From: an uncultured Dehalococcoidales bacterium
GTDB taxonomy: Bacteria; Chloroflexota; Dehalococcoidia; Dehalococcoidales; BS750m-G39
Length of the DNA: 64,000 bases
Direction of reading: 5' to 3'
NCBI GenBank assembly: GCA_964396965.1
Contig: CAYNGD010000001.1
Location: 67,596 to 131,595, forward strand
The notes beneath the pieces are model-generated. The model made no database searches. It saw nothing but the letters and a program-made list of their open reading frames with translations, and was not told the origin of the DNA. This document shows, one piece after another, positions 53,751 to 62,893 of the stretch (position 1 is the first letter of the stretch; the number at the start of each line of letters is the position of its first letter). Made by a program: the position numbers and the translations under genes.

Positions 53751-54770
53751 TCAGGCGGGCAGGGTCTCGCGTGCTTTATCCGCTTTACCCAGTTCGTCCT
53801 TGGCCGGCTCCTTAGGCGGTGAAACCTCTTTCTTCATCAGCTCGTCAGTGTCGATATACCTTTCCTCGGCAAGGCGGTTCAACATGCCACTAAGCTTGAG
53901 AGCTCCCTTGACAAACTCCTCGCCATCCTCAAAGTTTAGCCACTCGTCAAAGGCATTAATGAGGTCTTCGTCACGGGCTGTTACTATCCGCTCCCTCCTT
54001 TTGACCATTATCTGGATTATGCTACGCTTTTCCTCGGGGTGCCCGGTAATGATGTTGATGAACTCACGGCAGAGGGGTTGAAGCTCGTCCATATCGTCCC
54101 CCCATTGGAGCTCATTGACCATTTCCAGCTGCGAGCCCAGCGTTCCTGCCCAATCTTCATAGCCGTAATTACCGAGGAATCTACCTACCACACCCTTAAT
54201 GTATTTAGGGCAGGGAATATACCAGGGGAGGATATCCATATAGTGCTGCCTCAGTGTCTCATCTGCTTTTCTTCTTCTGGCTGCCTCTCCCTGGCGTTCC
54301 TTATCTTCCCGCTCGAGGCGTTCCCTTTCCAGCTTAGCATCCTCTTCCAGGACCGGATTCAGCTCCTCACGTTTTTGATTGACTAGATTAGCTAGCGAGT
54401 CCAACTCATCGAGTTTCTCTGCCTTTTTTACTTTGTCTTTGAGAAATCTCAGATTGTCAATAGCCAGCTGTCCCTTCTTTCTCAGCTCGCGGGTTTCCCA
54501 ATGTCTGTTTTCGATCTTGCTGAGCGTCTCACCAATGTCCCAGCTGAGTTCGTTTCTGGTGGTGATCAGGCAGAACTCATCCTCGAGGGAGAGCTTAACC
54601 TCTGGTGTCTCTTCTACCTTGCTTTCTTCCTTCTCCTCGGGCCAGTATTTCCTGACCGTTGCTCGGTCCAGGTTAAGCTCCCTGCCTGCAGCCGACTTGG
54701 AGTAGCCCCGACCAGCGAATTCAGCTATCTTGGCAATCAGGTCTTCGTTTATTATTCTCGGCATTTTCAT
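53751..54770 (-). CDS. Hypothetical protein: N-terminal HTH, central charged coiled coil, C-terminal globular domain
   Basis: About 339 aa. HTH-like FAGRGYSKSAAGRELNLDRATVRKYW and an E/K/R-rich coiled coil. The start is ATG 54770 (or GTG 54773, or ATG 54764). Confidence 0.65.
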   Translation of the reverse strand: MKMPRIINEDLIAKIAEFAGRGYSKSAAGRELNLDRATVRKYWPEEKEESKVEETPEVKLSLEDEFCLITTRNELSWDIGETLSKIENRHWETRELRKKGQLAIDNLRFLKDKVKKAEKLDELDSLANLVNQKREELNPVLEEDAKLERERLEREDKERQGEAARRRKADETLRQHYMDILPWYIPCPKYIKGVVGRFLGNYGYEDWAGTLGSQLEMVNELQWGDDMDELQPLCREFINIITGHPEEKRSIIQIMVKRRERIVTARDEDLINAFDEWLNFEDGEEFVKGALKLSGMLNRLAEERYIDTDELMKKEVSPPKEPAKDELGKADKARETLPA

Positions 54771-55182
54771 CACCGCCTATAACGCTTTTTTCTTTTTAAC
54801 GCTGGGAGTCCGTTTAAGCCTTGATTTTCTGCCTGGTTGAAGACCAGCGTATCAACCCCCAAAAATAATGGTTTTAGGGGGCTTAAGCGGGCATTAGCGG
54901 GCATAAAACCTTAATCAGCACCGAAAAAGCTGACATCCGACAGCTAGCCATTACTTCTTTATCTCGAGATTTTTTACGCTGTTTCATCATCTATATTCTA
55001 CCAGTTTTTCTACTATTCTTCACCCCTGATGTCACCTGGGTGATGAATTAACTTGATAGTGGGTGGTAAATTAAGTCGGTAAACGACAAAAGGTTGGTGA
55101 TTTACAGGTTTTTTTACCCGCCTTTGAATAAAGTTTCTGGCATAAATGAAATAAATACCCTGAGACTTTTTGATGGAACTTT

Positions 55183-55665
55183 GAGGGGGATTATGCCCTA
55201 GTGGGAGTAATGTTCCAGTGGTTTTCAGTTATCTCAAAGCTAATTTGTCGCAGACACCATAGCTTGCCGCTACCATTATGTCCCATATCTCGCTTCCCGG
55301 TTGTTAACAGTCTGGGAATGGACTGGACCACGGGTAGACTTTCATCCCAAATGCGGCGTACAACTGGAATGTAAGTCGAGAATGAGTAACTGGCGAAATA
55401 GAAGCTCCTAACAAGCGGTAAATCATCTGCGAAGATTATTGAGCTTGGCTGTGGGAAACCCGCTGTCTACAAAGTGAGGAAAACGAAACAACCGAATGCT
55501 TCTCCGTCCTGCGGTGCTATATTCTTTAGCACTACTCTGTCTGGCAAGCCCCTCTGATTTTGTTACATTCTCCTCCGCTAAGCACTTGTTGGAACCAACC
55601 ACAACAAGGCTTATATCTGGCAATGCGACCAAATTCTAGGTAGATAGATTGACTGGCATGGAACC
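55183..55665 (+). repeat. Long non-coding direct repeat, copy B (about 483 bp, with an extra internal segment of about 150 bp at 55400-55555)
   Basis: See copy A. It shares the 5' block (to about 55400) and the 3' block (CTCCTCCGCTAAGCACTTGTTGGAACC...CCAAATTCTAGGTAGATAGATTGACTGGC). Confidence 0.8.
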
Positions 55666-55868
55666 AAATGCCATGATAACCCCTTTCTTCAAGCCAGCAA
55701 CCTCAGCTTTAGCAGACCTCCCGCAAAGGGTGGTGACTACCGAATGGATGGCTTACCTGCTGCACAAAGCGATGTTACGTTCAGTGGGTTACAAACTGGC
55801 TAATGGGTGAAGAAGAGAACACCTACACACCGCGCATATACCGAATTCAACCATGACCATCTTACTCT

Positions 55869-56681
55869 CTATGTTTCCTCTTCAGCGTGTTGAGGTGTCT
55901 CTGGTGACTGCGGGAACTCGCCGTCCAGGGCATTTATAGCAATCTTTCTGACCTCCACAGAGAAATCTGCACCGATAATCCAGCTCAGGTAACTCGTATC
56001 TTCCATAGCTATATCTTTTAATTTTCGGCCCCTATGCTTCTTACCGAAGTTGCAGACTGCTTCACCCTCCGACCATATAAACTTGCCCTCTGCATCTATA
56101 TAGTTCTCCTCAACCTTGTAGCACAAGGCACAGAGTCCGGCTACATCCCTAGGCAGGTCTTGATACATCTCTAGCTGACCTTCCAATATCTCAGCCGATG
56201 CCTTGGCATCCTCTTTAGCTATATGGGCATTATTCATTTCCTTACCACAATACTTTTGATAGGCGGCTTGGAGGTCACGTGGTTCACGTTGGTGGTAAAT
56301 GGTCTTACTGTCAACTAGGTACCGACCTTGGCGAGAGAATTCAATGCCAGCTCTCGCAAGTTCAGACTCCAAGCAAGGCAAGTCAAACGTAATAACATTG
56401 AATCCCGCAATATCGCAACCATCAAGAAAGTCACGAATACTCTTTGCGTACTGGCCAAATTTAGGTTTATCAGCAACGTCCTCGTCAGTGATGCCATGTA
56501 CTGCTGTTGCTTCGGGTGGAATGGGTACCCCGGGGTTAATCCTGCGGCTGTGATATCCTTCCGTACCGTCAGGTTGAATCTTGAGAATAGACAATTCCAC
56601 TATTCTATCTGAATATGGGTTGAGACCAGTAGTCTCCAAATCGATAAATGCAAGAGGCCTGTCAAGTTTAAGGTTCTTCAT
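55869..56681 (-). CDS. DEDDh 3'-5' exonuclease (DnaQ/ExoX-like) with a C-terminal FGKHRG...YLSWI domain
   Basis: 270 aa. Exo I FIDLETTGL, Exo II AGFNVITFDL, Exo III HIAKEDAKA. The C-terminal NFGKKHRGRKLKDIAMEDTSYLSWII resembles the DUF3820-type tail. Confidence 0.8.
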   Translation of the reverse strand: MKNLKLDRPLAFIDLETTGLNPYSDRIVELSILKIQPDGTEGYHSRRINPGVPIPPEATAVHGITDEDVADKPKFGQYAKSIRDFLDGCDIAGFNVITFDLPCLESELARAGIEFSRQGRYLVDSKTIYHQREPRDLQAAYQKYCGKEMNNAHIAKEDAKASAEILEGQLEMYQDLPRDVAGLCALCYKVEENYIDAEGKFIWSEGEAVCNFGKKHRGRKLKDIAMEDTSYLSWIIGADFSVEVRKIAINALDGEFPQSPETPQHAEEET

Positions 56682-56766
56682 TACTCAACCCCCTCTGGAA
56701 TTTCCCATTCTCGGTTTTCTAAACCGATGGCGTTTTCAGGCGTTGTGATATATATAGGCAACATTC

Positions 56767-57132
56767 TTATTTCGACAGTATCAGCCTATTGACTATTTCC
56801 TCGATGCGCTTAGTATCTGAAACAACTCTTTTCAGCAGTGTGTTTAGTTCAATCCGTAATTTCTCTCTCTGCCCATCTGATGATAACGATGTTCCTGGTG
56901 ATAAATGACCAGTCATAATAAGCAACTCGTACAGGTCAAAACCAAGAGGTTCAGCAATCTTTTGCAGGGTCAGGGTGGATGCTCCACGCTGTCCCTGTTC
57001 TATACGCCCCAAATGAGCAACAGAAACACCGGACAGCTTGGCCAGTTGATTCAGGGTAAGAGATCGTTTCTTCCTCTGTTCCCTTATCATTTTGCCCAAG
57101 TCCGATTTTCTACCCATCTCTACTCTTAGCAC
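56767..57132 (-). CDS. XRE-family HTH transcriptional regulator
   Basis: 121 aa. IREQRKKRSLTLNQLAKLSGVSVAHLGRIEQGQRGASTLTLQKIAEPLG. Confidence 0.85.
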   Translation of the reverse strand: MLRVEMGRKSDLGKMIREQRKKRSLTLNQLAKLSGVSVAHLGRIEQGQRGASTLTLQKIAEPLGFDLYELLIMTGHLSPGTSLSSDGQREKLRIELNTLLKRVVSDTKRIEEIVNRLILSK

Positions 57133-57285
57133 CTTAATCTCTTTATATTTTGGATAATCCTAGTTCCGAGATGGGAGATTGTCAATAGACCGCTTAAAGA
57201 TGAAGCTCTGGGCGTGCGGAATATTGTTGCAACGATTGAGAGGGGGCATTGACCTTGCGATTACGGGTAAACGTCCAGGAGCAGC

Positions 57286-58200
57286 TTACTTTGTGGTTTG
57301 TATTGTATATTTCTCACCATCGGTAGTTGCTATGATAGTACCGTTAACGTCCGTGCCGTATATCTTGGCTCCAATCTGAGCGAGGGCGTCAAGAGTCTCC
57401 TGGTGAGGGTGACCGTAACTATTGTCTTGCCCAGCCATGTAGACAGCGACTTCCGGGCTTGTCGCTGCTAAAAAGTCTTTTGAGGAGGCTGTTCTAGACC
57501 CGTGGTGACCTACTTTCAGAATCTCTACCTCGGGGACCGGTATGTCCGATGCAAGGAGCATGGCTGCTTCAGCCTCCTGCTCCGCATCACCGGTGAATAA
57601 AAAATCAACGTTACCATAGCTCAGGCTGGTAACTATACTGTTATTGTTTGTAGTGCCAGCCAATGTAGTTGGATTGAGAATCGTGAAAGTGAGCTCGCCA
57701 GCGTTAATATTATCTCCTCGCCTTCCTATATGCACCTGTGCGCCTTCAGACTGGACCGCCGACATAAACTCGGCATATGTTTTAGATGTGCTTGTATCTC
57801 CATTGTGCCAAATCTGCTCCACTTGGAAAGCGTCGAGGACTGCGATTAGTCCCCCTATGTGGTCAGCGTGGGGATGGGTGGCCACCATCACTTCAAGTGG
57901 CCCATCTACGTACTCTTCGAGGTATGGAACTACTCCCGGCGATTTCTCGCCGCCGTCGATCAGCACTTCGGTCTCTCCGAGGTCAATCAGAATCGAATCT
58001 CCCTGTCCGACATCTATGAAGTGAACTTTCAATTCACCTTGGGTCGGTGTAGTAATCGATGGAGGTGGGGACTGTGTGGTCGCAGGTGTTGAAAATGGTG
58101 GGGTTGTAGCTGGTGTGGTTTGCTCATAACAAGCAGCTAATGTCGCCAGAAGAGTGAAGACAAACAGGATAACACAAGAAAGAAGGACCGGCTTTTTCAT
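57286..58200 (-). CDS. Metallo-beta-lactamase-fold lipoprotein (ComEC C-terminal-like)
   Basis: 304 aa. Lipobox LATLAAC, HFIDVGQGDSILI, ATHPHADHIGG. Confidence 0.85.
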   Translation of the reverse strand: MKKPVLLSCVILFVFTLLATLAACYEQTTPATTPPFSTPATTQSPPPSITTPTQGELKVHFIDVGQGDSILIDLGETEVLIDGGEKSPGVVPYLEEYVDGPLEVMVATHPHADHIGGLIAVLDAFQVEQIWHNGDTSTSKTYAEFMSAVQSEGAQVHIGRRGDNINAGELTFTILNPTTLAGTTNNNSIVTSLSYGNVDFLFTGDAEQEAEAAMLLASDIPVPEVEILKVGHHGSRTASSKDFLAATSPEVAVYMAGQDNSYGHPHQETLDALAQIGAKIYGTDVNGTIIATTDGEKYTIQTTK

Positions 58201-58265
58201 TTGCGCTAATTCTCGTTAGACAGTTTAACAGGTTTACAGCTCAAATGAAATCAGAGTATGTATAA

Positions 58266-59171
58266 TCATTTCCCTTTCTCAGGATTTTCCGCTTCATCTT
58301 CTTGAAGCGTAATCTGTACTGGCAGTTCGGTAAAGGGTAACTTTAAAGCTTTCATCATATCAACGGCATTTCGAGGAGCATAACCCTGCCAGTGGTTGTT
58401 GAAGAGCGCGAAAGTCAGCTTGGTTTGCTCCGAGGCAGCTTTTACCTTCTCGGCCAGCTCTTTTATCTCATCGCTCGAATACAGGTAATTGTACCGGCTC
58501 TCGCTGTCTCCCTTCCACCACATCTCCGCGTTCCTGCCATGAAAACGGAAATAAGCCAATTCTGCTGTTATTGGAATCTCGGTTGATATTGAAGACCGGA
58601 ACTTCGGCTCATCAATCTGAACCCAGGCAACGTTATTCTCCCTCAGAAAGCGGGCAGTGTTCTCGTCGTCGCTCCAGCTGCGGTGCCTAAGCTCAACCGC
58701 CAGCCTGTACTCATTGAAAGTCTTGATAACTGCATTCATTATCTGTCGCCCAAAACCGTCGTTTTTAAAGCTAGGCGGGAATTGGGCTAGCAGGGCCCCC
58801 AGCTTCCTGTACCTGGCCAGTGGCTCAAGGCTACGCTTGAACAGGTCAACGTCATCCTGAGAGATAGCTGCCACTTCACCGGTAGCCTCTTCATACATTT
58901 TGGGATGGGTAAACTTCTGCCAGAGCTTGACAGTGAAAAGAAAATCCTCCGGGACTCGCTTTATCCAGTTGTAAACATATCCGGGGTTGGGAGGCCGGTA
59001 GAACGAGTTGTTGATTTCTACAGTTTTGAAAAACTGGCTGTAGTACTCCAGTTCATCAATCTGGCTAGTAGGGTAGAAATGGCCTTTCCAGGTGCCTTCC
59101 CCTTTGGGGTAGGACCAGCCGGAAGTGCCGACGTATATTTTAGACTGGCCGGACGTTTCACTGTTTGTCAT
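58266..59171 (-). CDS. DUF72 (UPF0759/YecE-like) protein
   Basis: 301 aa. IYVGTSGWSYPKGEGTWKGHFYP, VEINNSFYRPP. Confidence 0.8.
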   Translation of the reverse strand: MTNSETSGQSKIYVGTSGWSYPKGEGTWKGHFYPTSQIDELEYYSQFFKTVEINNSFYRPPNPGYVYNWIKRVPEDFLFTVKLWQKFTHPKMYEEATGEVAAISQDDVDLFKRSLEPLARYRKLGALLAQFPPSFKNDGFGRQIMNAVIKTFNEYRLAVELRHRSWSDDENTARFLRENNVAWVQIDEPKFRSSISTEIPITAELAYFRFHGRNAEMWWKGDSESRYNYLYSSDEIKELAEKVKAASEQTKLTFALFNNHWQGYAPRNAVDMMKALKLPFTELPVQITLQEDEAENPEKGK

Positions 59172-59216
59172 TAGGATAATTATACGACATTAAAATGATT
59201 TTCCGCCAAAAACCCC

Positions 59217-59246
59217 TTGACAGTTGAACAAATGTTCTAGTATAAT
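59217..59246 (+). promoter_or_regulatory. Strong sigma-70 promoter with an embedded LexA (Cheo-type) SOS box
   Basis: TTGACA (59217-59222), an 18-nt spacer, then TATAAT (59241-59246). The spacer contains GAACAAATGTTC (59226-59237), which matches GAAC-N4-GTTC. Confidence 0.7.
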
Positions 59247-59277
59247 GGTATTCCCTTTCCCTAATGAGGCCAGTTCG

Positions 59278-59526
59278 ATGTCCAAGATTATCGGTGAACC
59301 GGTCAAGGTGCACGGAAAAGAAGAATCCGCCATAGATGCATTTATCTGGAGGAAGCGGCTTTATCGGGTGAAAGAGGTCGTCGGCTGGTGGCGGGAGCCC
59401 GACGAGTGGTGGAATGGCAAGGCGGCGCGCTTTTTCGTACGTGTTACCGCTACCAACTCAGGCACGGGAACCTACGAGCTTTACCGCCTGGGCGAGGAAT
59501 GGTTCCTGCACCGGGTCCTGGACTAG
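59278..59526 (+). CDS. Small protein (82 aa) resembling the C-terminal Trp-rich segment of ImuB-type proteins
   Basis: I trimmed the track ORF to the ATG at 59278 (MSKIIGEPVKV...). Motif VVGWWREPDEWWNGKAARFFVRVTATNSGTGTYELYRLGEEWFLHRVLD. It lies 9 nt upstream of the polymerase gene. The family assignment comes from memory. Confidence 0.55.
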   Translation: MSKIIGEPVKVHGKEESAIDAFIWRKRLYRVKEVVGWWREPDEWWNGKAARFFVRVTATNSGTGTYELYRLGEEWFLHRVLD

Positions 59527-59535
59527 GGTATCAAA

Positions 59536-62500
59536 ATGGGTTTTGTTCATCTCCACGTTCACTCTCAGTATAGCTTTCTCGACGGTGCCTCTTCCCTGGA
59601 CAGGCTCCTAGAGAAGGCTAAAGCGCTTGGCATGCCCGCCCTGGCGCTTACCGACCACAACCGGCTGACCGGCGTAATAAAGTTCTACGATAAGGCTAGG
59701 GCTCTGGGCATAAAGCCTGTCATAGGTGCTGAGATTGACCTTGAAGGCGGCTACCACCTTACTCTGCTCTGCAAAGACAGTAAGGGCTACTCCAACCTGT
59801 GCCGGCTGCTGACGGAGGCCCACCTGTCCAACCAACGCAAGCAGCCCGCGGTCACCCAGGAGATGTTGGGCAAATTCCACGACGGCCTCATAGCCCTGTC
59901 CAGCTGCAGCCGGGGCGAGATACCAGCTCTTATCGCAAAGGGTAAGGTCGAGCAGGCGAAGGAAGCCGCCCTTTTCTATCGAGAGGTCTTCGGGGATGAC
60001 TTCTTCGTGGAGCTCATCCGTTACCCCTCGCGGGAGGGAATGTCCCGCATCCGTTGGCTCGCTGGCTTTGCCGGGGAAGAAGGAATACCCGTGGTTGCCA
60101 CCAACAACGTCCACTACGTCGAAACGGAGGATTACCGTGTCAAGGAGCTACTCAACGCCATCGACCGGAATATCCCTGTCTCCAAACTGGAGGGATACCG
60201 CACCGTGGAGCAATACCTTAAGTCAGCTCAGGAGATGGCAAGGCTTTTCCAAGATCTGCCAGAAGCATTAGCCATGACGGAAGAGATTGCTTCCAGGTGC
60301 AACTTGGAGCTGGATTTGGGAAAGCGGCATTTCCCCAGGTTCGACGTCCCCGGAGGCGAGACCGAATACAGCTACCTGGCAAAGATAGCTCGGGTTGGAG
60401 CGCTGAAGAGATGTGGCCGTATAACGAAGGGAGTCGAGGAGCGGCTGGTGCGAGAGATGGACACCATCCAGGCCCTCGGTTTCTGCGGCTACTTCCTGGT
60501 TGTCTGGGACATCGTCCGATGGGCCAGGGAGCGTGGCATAAGGTGCCAAGCGAGGGGCAGCGCCGCGGATAGCCTGGTCGTCTACGTGCTGGACATCAGC
60601 ACCGTCGACCCAATAAAGCATAACCTGCTCTTCGAGCGTTTCATGCACCCACTGCGCCACCAGCCGCCCGACATCGACCTCGATATCGACCGGAAACGCC
60701 GGGACGAGGTAAGGGACTATGTCTACCAGAAATACGGCCCTGAAAACGTGGCCTGCGTGGGTACCACCAACACCTACATGGCCCGCGGGGCCATCCGGGA
60801 CGCCGGCAAGGCCCTGCAGATACCACAGGATCTGATAGAGGAAGCCTGCAGGGGCATCCACTGGCTGTCGGCCTCACAGTTGCTGGAATGTATGGATTCC
60901 CGCCCAGAGCTGAAGAAAAGCGACATATATAGGCGGCCCGAGCTAGCCGAGCTCTTCAAACTGTGCGCCGCCATCGACGGCTTTCCCAGGCACATGTCGG
61001 TCCACCTGGGGGGACTGCTCATCGGGGACGGAGGGCTCTCGGGCCTTGTCCCCCTGGAGTGGTCCAGCGGTGGAGACATCATCAGCCAGTACGACAAGGA
61101 CGACATCGAGAAGCTGGGCATCGTTAAGATGGACCTGCTGGCGCTGCCGACGCTCACCGTTATAGAAGACACCCTGGCCGGTATCAAGAAGGACCGCGGC
61201 ATAGACGTCGACCTGGACAGGATAGACCACAATGACCCAGCGGCTTTCGCCATGCTCCGCGACGGTAAGACTATAGGTACTTTTCAGCTGGAGTCTCCGG
61301 CGCAGCGGGAAATGGCGGGCAGGCTGCTACCCAACCGCTTCGAGGACATAATCGTCTCCATCTCCCTGGTCAGGCCAGGCCCGCTCAAGTCAAACATGGA
61401 CAAGATCTACCTCCCGAGGAGACATGGCAAAGAGCCGGTGACCTATATCCACCCCGGGCTCAAGAAAGCCCTGGGTGAAACGCTGGGGGTGATACTCTAC
61501 CAGGAGCAGGTGCTCAAAGTGGCACATGACTTGGCCGGGATGAGCTATGCCGAGGCCGACGGCTTTCGGAGGGCAATGACCCATGACCGCACCGAGGAAG
61601 AGATGGAGAAGATGCGTGAGTCATTCATGGCCTCCGCCGTCAGGTGCAGTGTGAGTAAAACCATCGCTAAAAAGGTGTTTGAGCAGCTTGCGGCCTTCGC
61701 CGCCTACGGGTTCTGCAAGGCCCATGCCGCCGCCTATGCCGAGCTCGCCTACCAGACTCTCTGGCTGAAATGCCACTATCCCGCCGAGTTTTTAGCGGCG
61801 GTGCTCTCAAATCAGCCCATGGGCTATTATCCATCCCGGGTTCTGGTGGCTGAGGCCAGAAGAAGCGGCGTTAAAATATTACCCGTCGACATCAACTGCT
61901 CCGCCGGGGACTACATTGTTGAGGACGGGTCGATAAGGGTAAGTCTCAGACAGCTCAAGGGAATGTCGGCAGAAGCGGAGAAGTCCATATTGGGCGAAAG
62001 AGAAAAGGGTAGCTTTACTTGCCTGAGAGACTTTGTACTGAGGACCAGCGTCAGCCGGCCCATCACAGAGAACCTCATCAGGGTCGGGGCTTTTGATTCC
62101 TTAGGCAATAGGAGCGAGCTGCTTGCAGAAATCACCAAGATCATGGAGCTCAAGCACAAAACCGGCAACGGCGTCAGGCCTCTATTCGAGGACGTGGAGT
62201 TAGAATTGCCGTCAGTGGATAAAACAGCTAACGCTGACAGAAAAGCGAACATGATGGTGGAGAGGGAGCTGTTGTCACTCAATCTGTCGGCGCACCCCCT
62301 TGATTTTTGCTCCATGGACGAAGGGGTGACCCAGATGAAGGACCTGCATTTGATATCTAGAGGTAAAACGGTTAAGATTGCCGGTTCGGTAATCCGCTAC
62401 CAGACACCGCCCACCAGGAACGGCAACAGGGTGGTCTACATAATCATGGAGGATGGGACAGGGGTGGCGGATGTGATCGTATTCGGTGACGTCCAGGAAA

Positions 62501-62619
62501 AGTGCGGGCAGGCACTGTTCCGGGAAGGCTGGTTAATGGTTCGGGGTAAGGTGCAAAGGAGGGGCCCGAAGGCGCTTTCTATTATTGCTGAGGGCTTAGT
62601 ACCTCTAAAGATAACCTAG
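59536..62619 (+). CDS. dnaE2: DNA polymerase III alpha-family protein, error-prone DnaE2 type
   Basis: 1027 aa. PHP domain FVHLHVHSQYSFLDGAS, ALTDHNRL. Polymerase core PDIDLDIDRKRRDEV, FPRHMSVHLGG, FGFCKAHAAAYA. OB fold near the C-terminus. The length and the SOS-box promoter favour DnaE2 over the replicative DnaE. Confidence 0.75.
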   Translation: MGFVHLHVHSQYSFLDGASSLDRLLEKAKALGMPALALTDHNRLTGVIKFYDKARALGIKPVIGAEIDLEGGYHLTLLCKDSKGYSNLCRLLTEAHLSNQRKQPAVTQEMLGKFHDGLIALSSCSRGEIPALIAKGKVEQAKEAALFYREVFGDDFFVELIRYPSREGMSRIRWLAGFAGEEGIPVVATNNVHYVETEDYRVKELLNAIDRNIPVSKLEGYRTVEQYLKSAQEMARLFQDLPEALAMTEEIASRCNLELDLGKRHFPRFDVPGGETEYSYLAKIARVGALKRCGRITKGVEERLVREMDTIQALGFCGYFLVVWDIVRWARERGIRCQARGSAADSLVVYVLDISTVDPIKHNLLFERFMHPLRHQPPDIDLDIDRKRRDEVRDYVYQKYGPENVACVGTTNTYMARGAIRDAGKALQIPQDLIEEACRGIHWLSASQLLECMDSRPELKKSDIYRRPELAELFKLCAAIDGFPRHMSVHLGGLLIGDGGLSGLVPLEWSSGGDIISQYDKDDIEKLGIVKMDLLALPTLTVIEDTLAGIKKDRGIDVDLDRIDHNDPAAFAMLRDGKTIGTFQLESPAQREMAGRLLPNRFEDIIVSISLVRPGPLKSNMDKIYLPRRHGKEPVTYIHPGLKKALGETLGVILYQEQVLKVAHDLAGMSYAEADGFRRAMTHDRTEEEMEKMRESFMASAVRCSVSKTIAKKVFEQLAAFAAYGFCKAHAAAYAELAYQTLWLKCHYPAEFLAAVLSNQPMGYYPSRVLVAEARRSGVKILPVDINCSAGDYIVEDGSIRVSLRQLKGMSAEAEKSILGEREKGSFTCLRDFVLRTSVSRPITENLIRVGAFDSLGNRSELLAEITKIMELKHKTGNGVRPLFEDVELELPSVDKTANADRKANMMVERELLSLNLSAHPLDFCSMDEGVTQMKDLHLISRGKTVKIAGSVIRYQTPPTRNGNRVVYIIMEDGTGVADVIVFGDVQEKCGQALFREGWLMVRGKVQRRGPKALSIIAEGLVPLKIT

Positions 62620-62893
62620 TCTTTGAATATTTTAGCTTTCGTTACGTCTCAATAAGATGAAAAGTGTAGCAATCAACTGCGGCCCTTGTGCGTCTGCAGG
62701 CAGTGTGCTTTTGGCTTTAGGAATTCTCTTTTTCTTCTTAGGGAGTCCGGGAAGCAAGTAGTTCGAGGAACTGAACAGACGACAGACACCAGAAGCGGCA
62801 GCCACAAGGGGAGTCAGGGGATAGGTCACATTTTCCCAGAATGAAAAGAAGCTCCTGTCTAATAATAGTAAGCATCTATACAGAAGGGTTTTG

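Noticed and set aside
55423-55632. 69-aa minus-strand ORF inside repeat copy B.
   Set aside because: The equivalent stretch of copy A has no open frame because indels break it. The ORF is therefore most likely fortuitous within a non-coding repeat.
62632-62829. 65-aa minus-strand ORF just after dnaE2.
   Set aside because: It is short, with no RBS or motif. It sits in the dnaE2 3' flank and lacks enough evidence to call.
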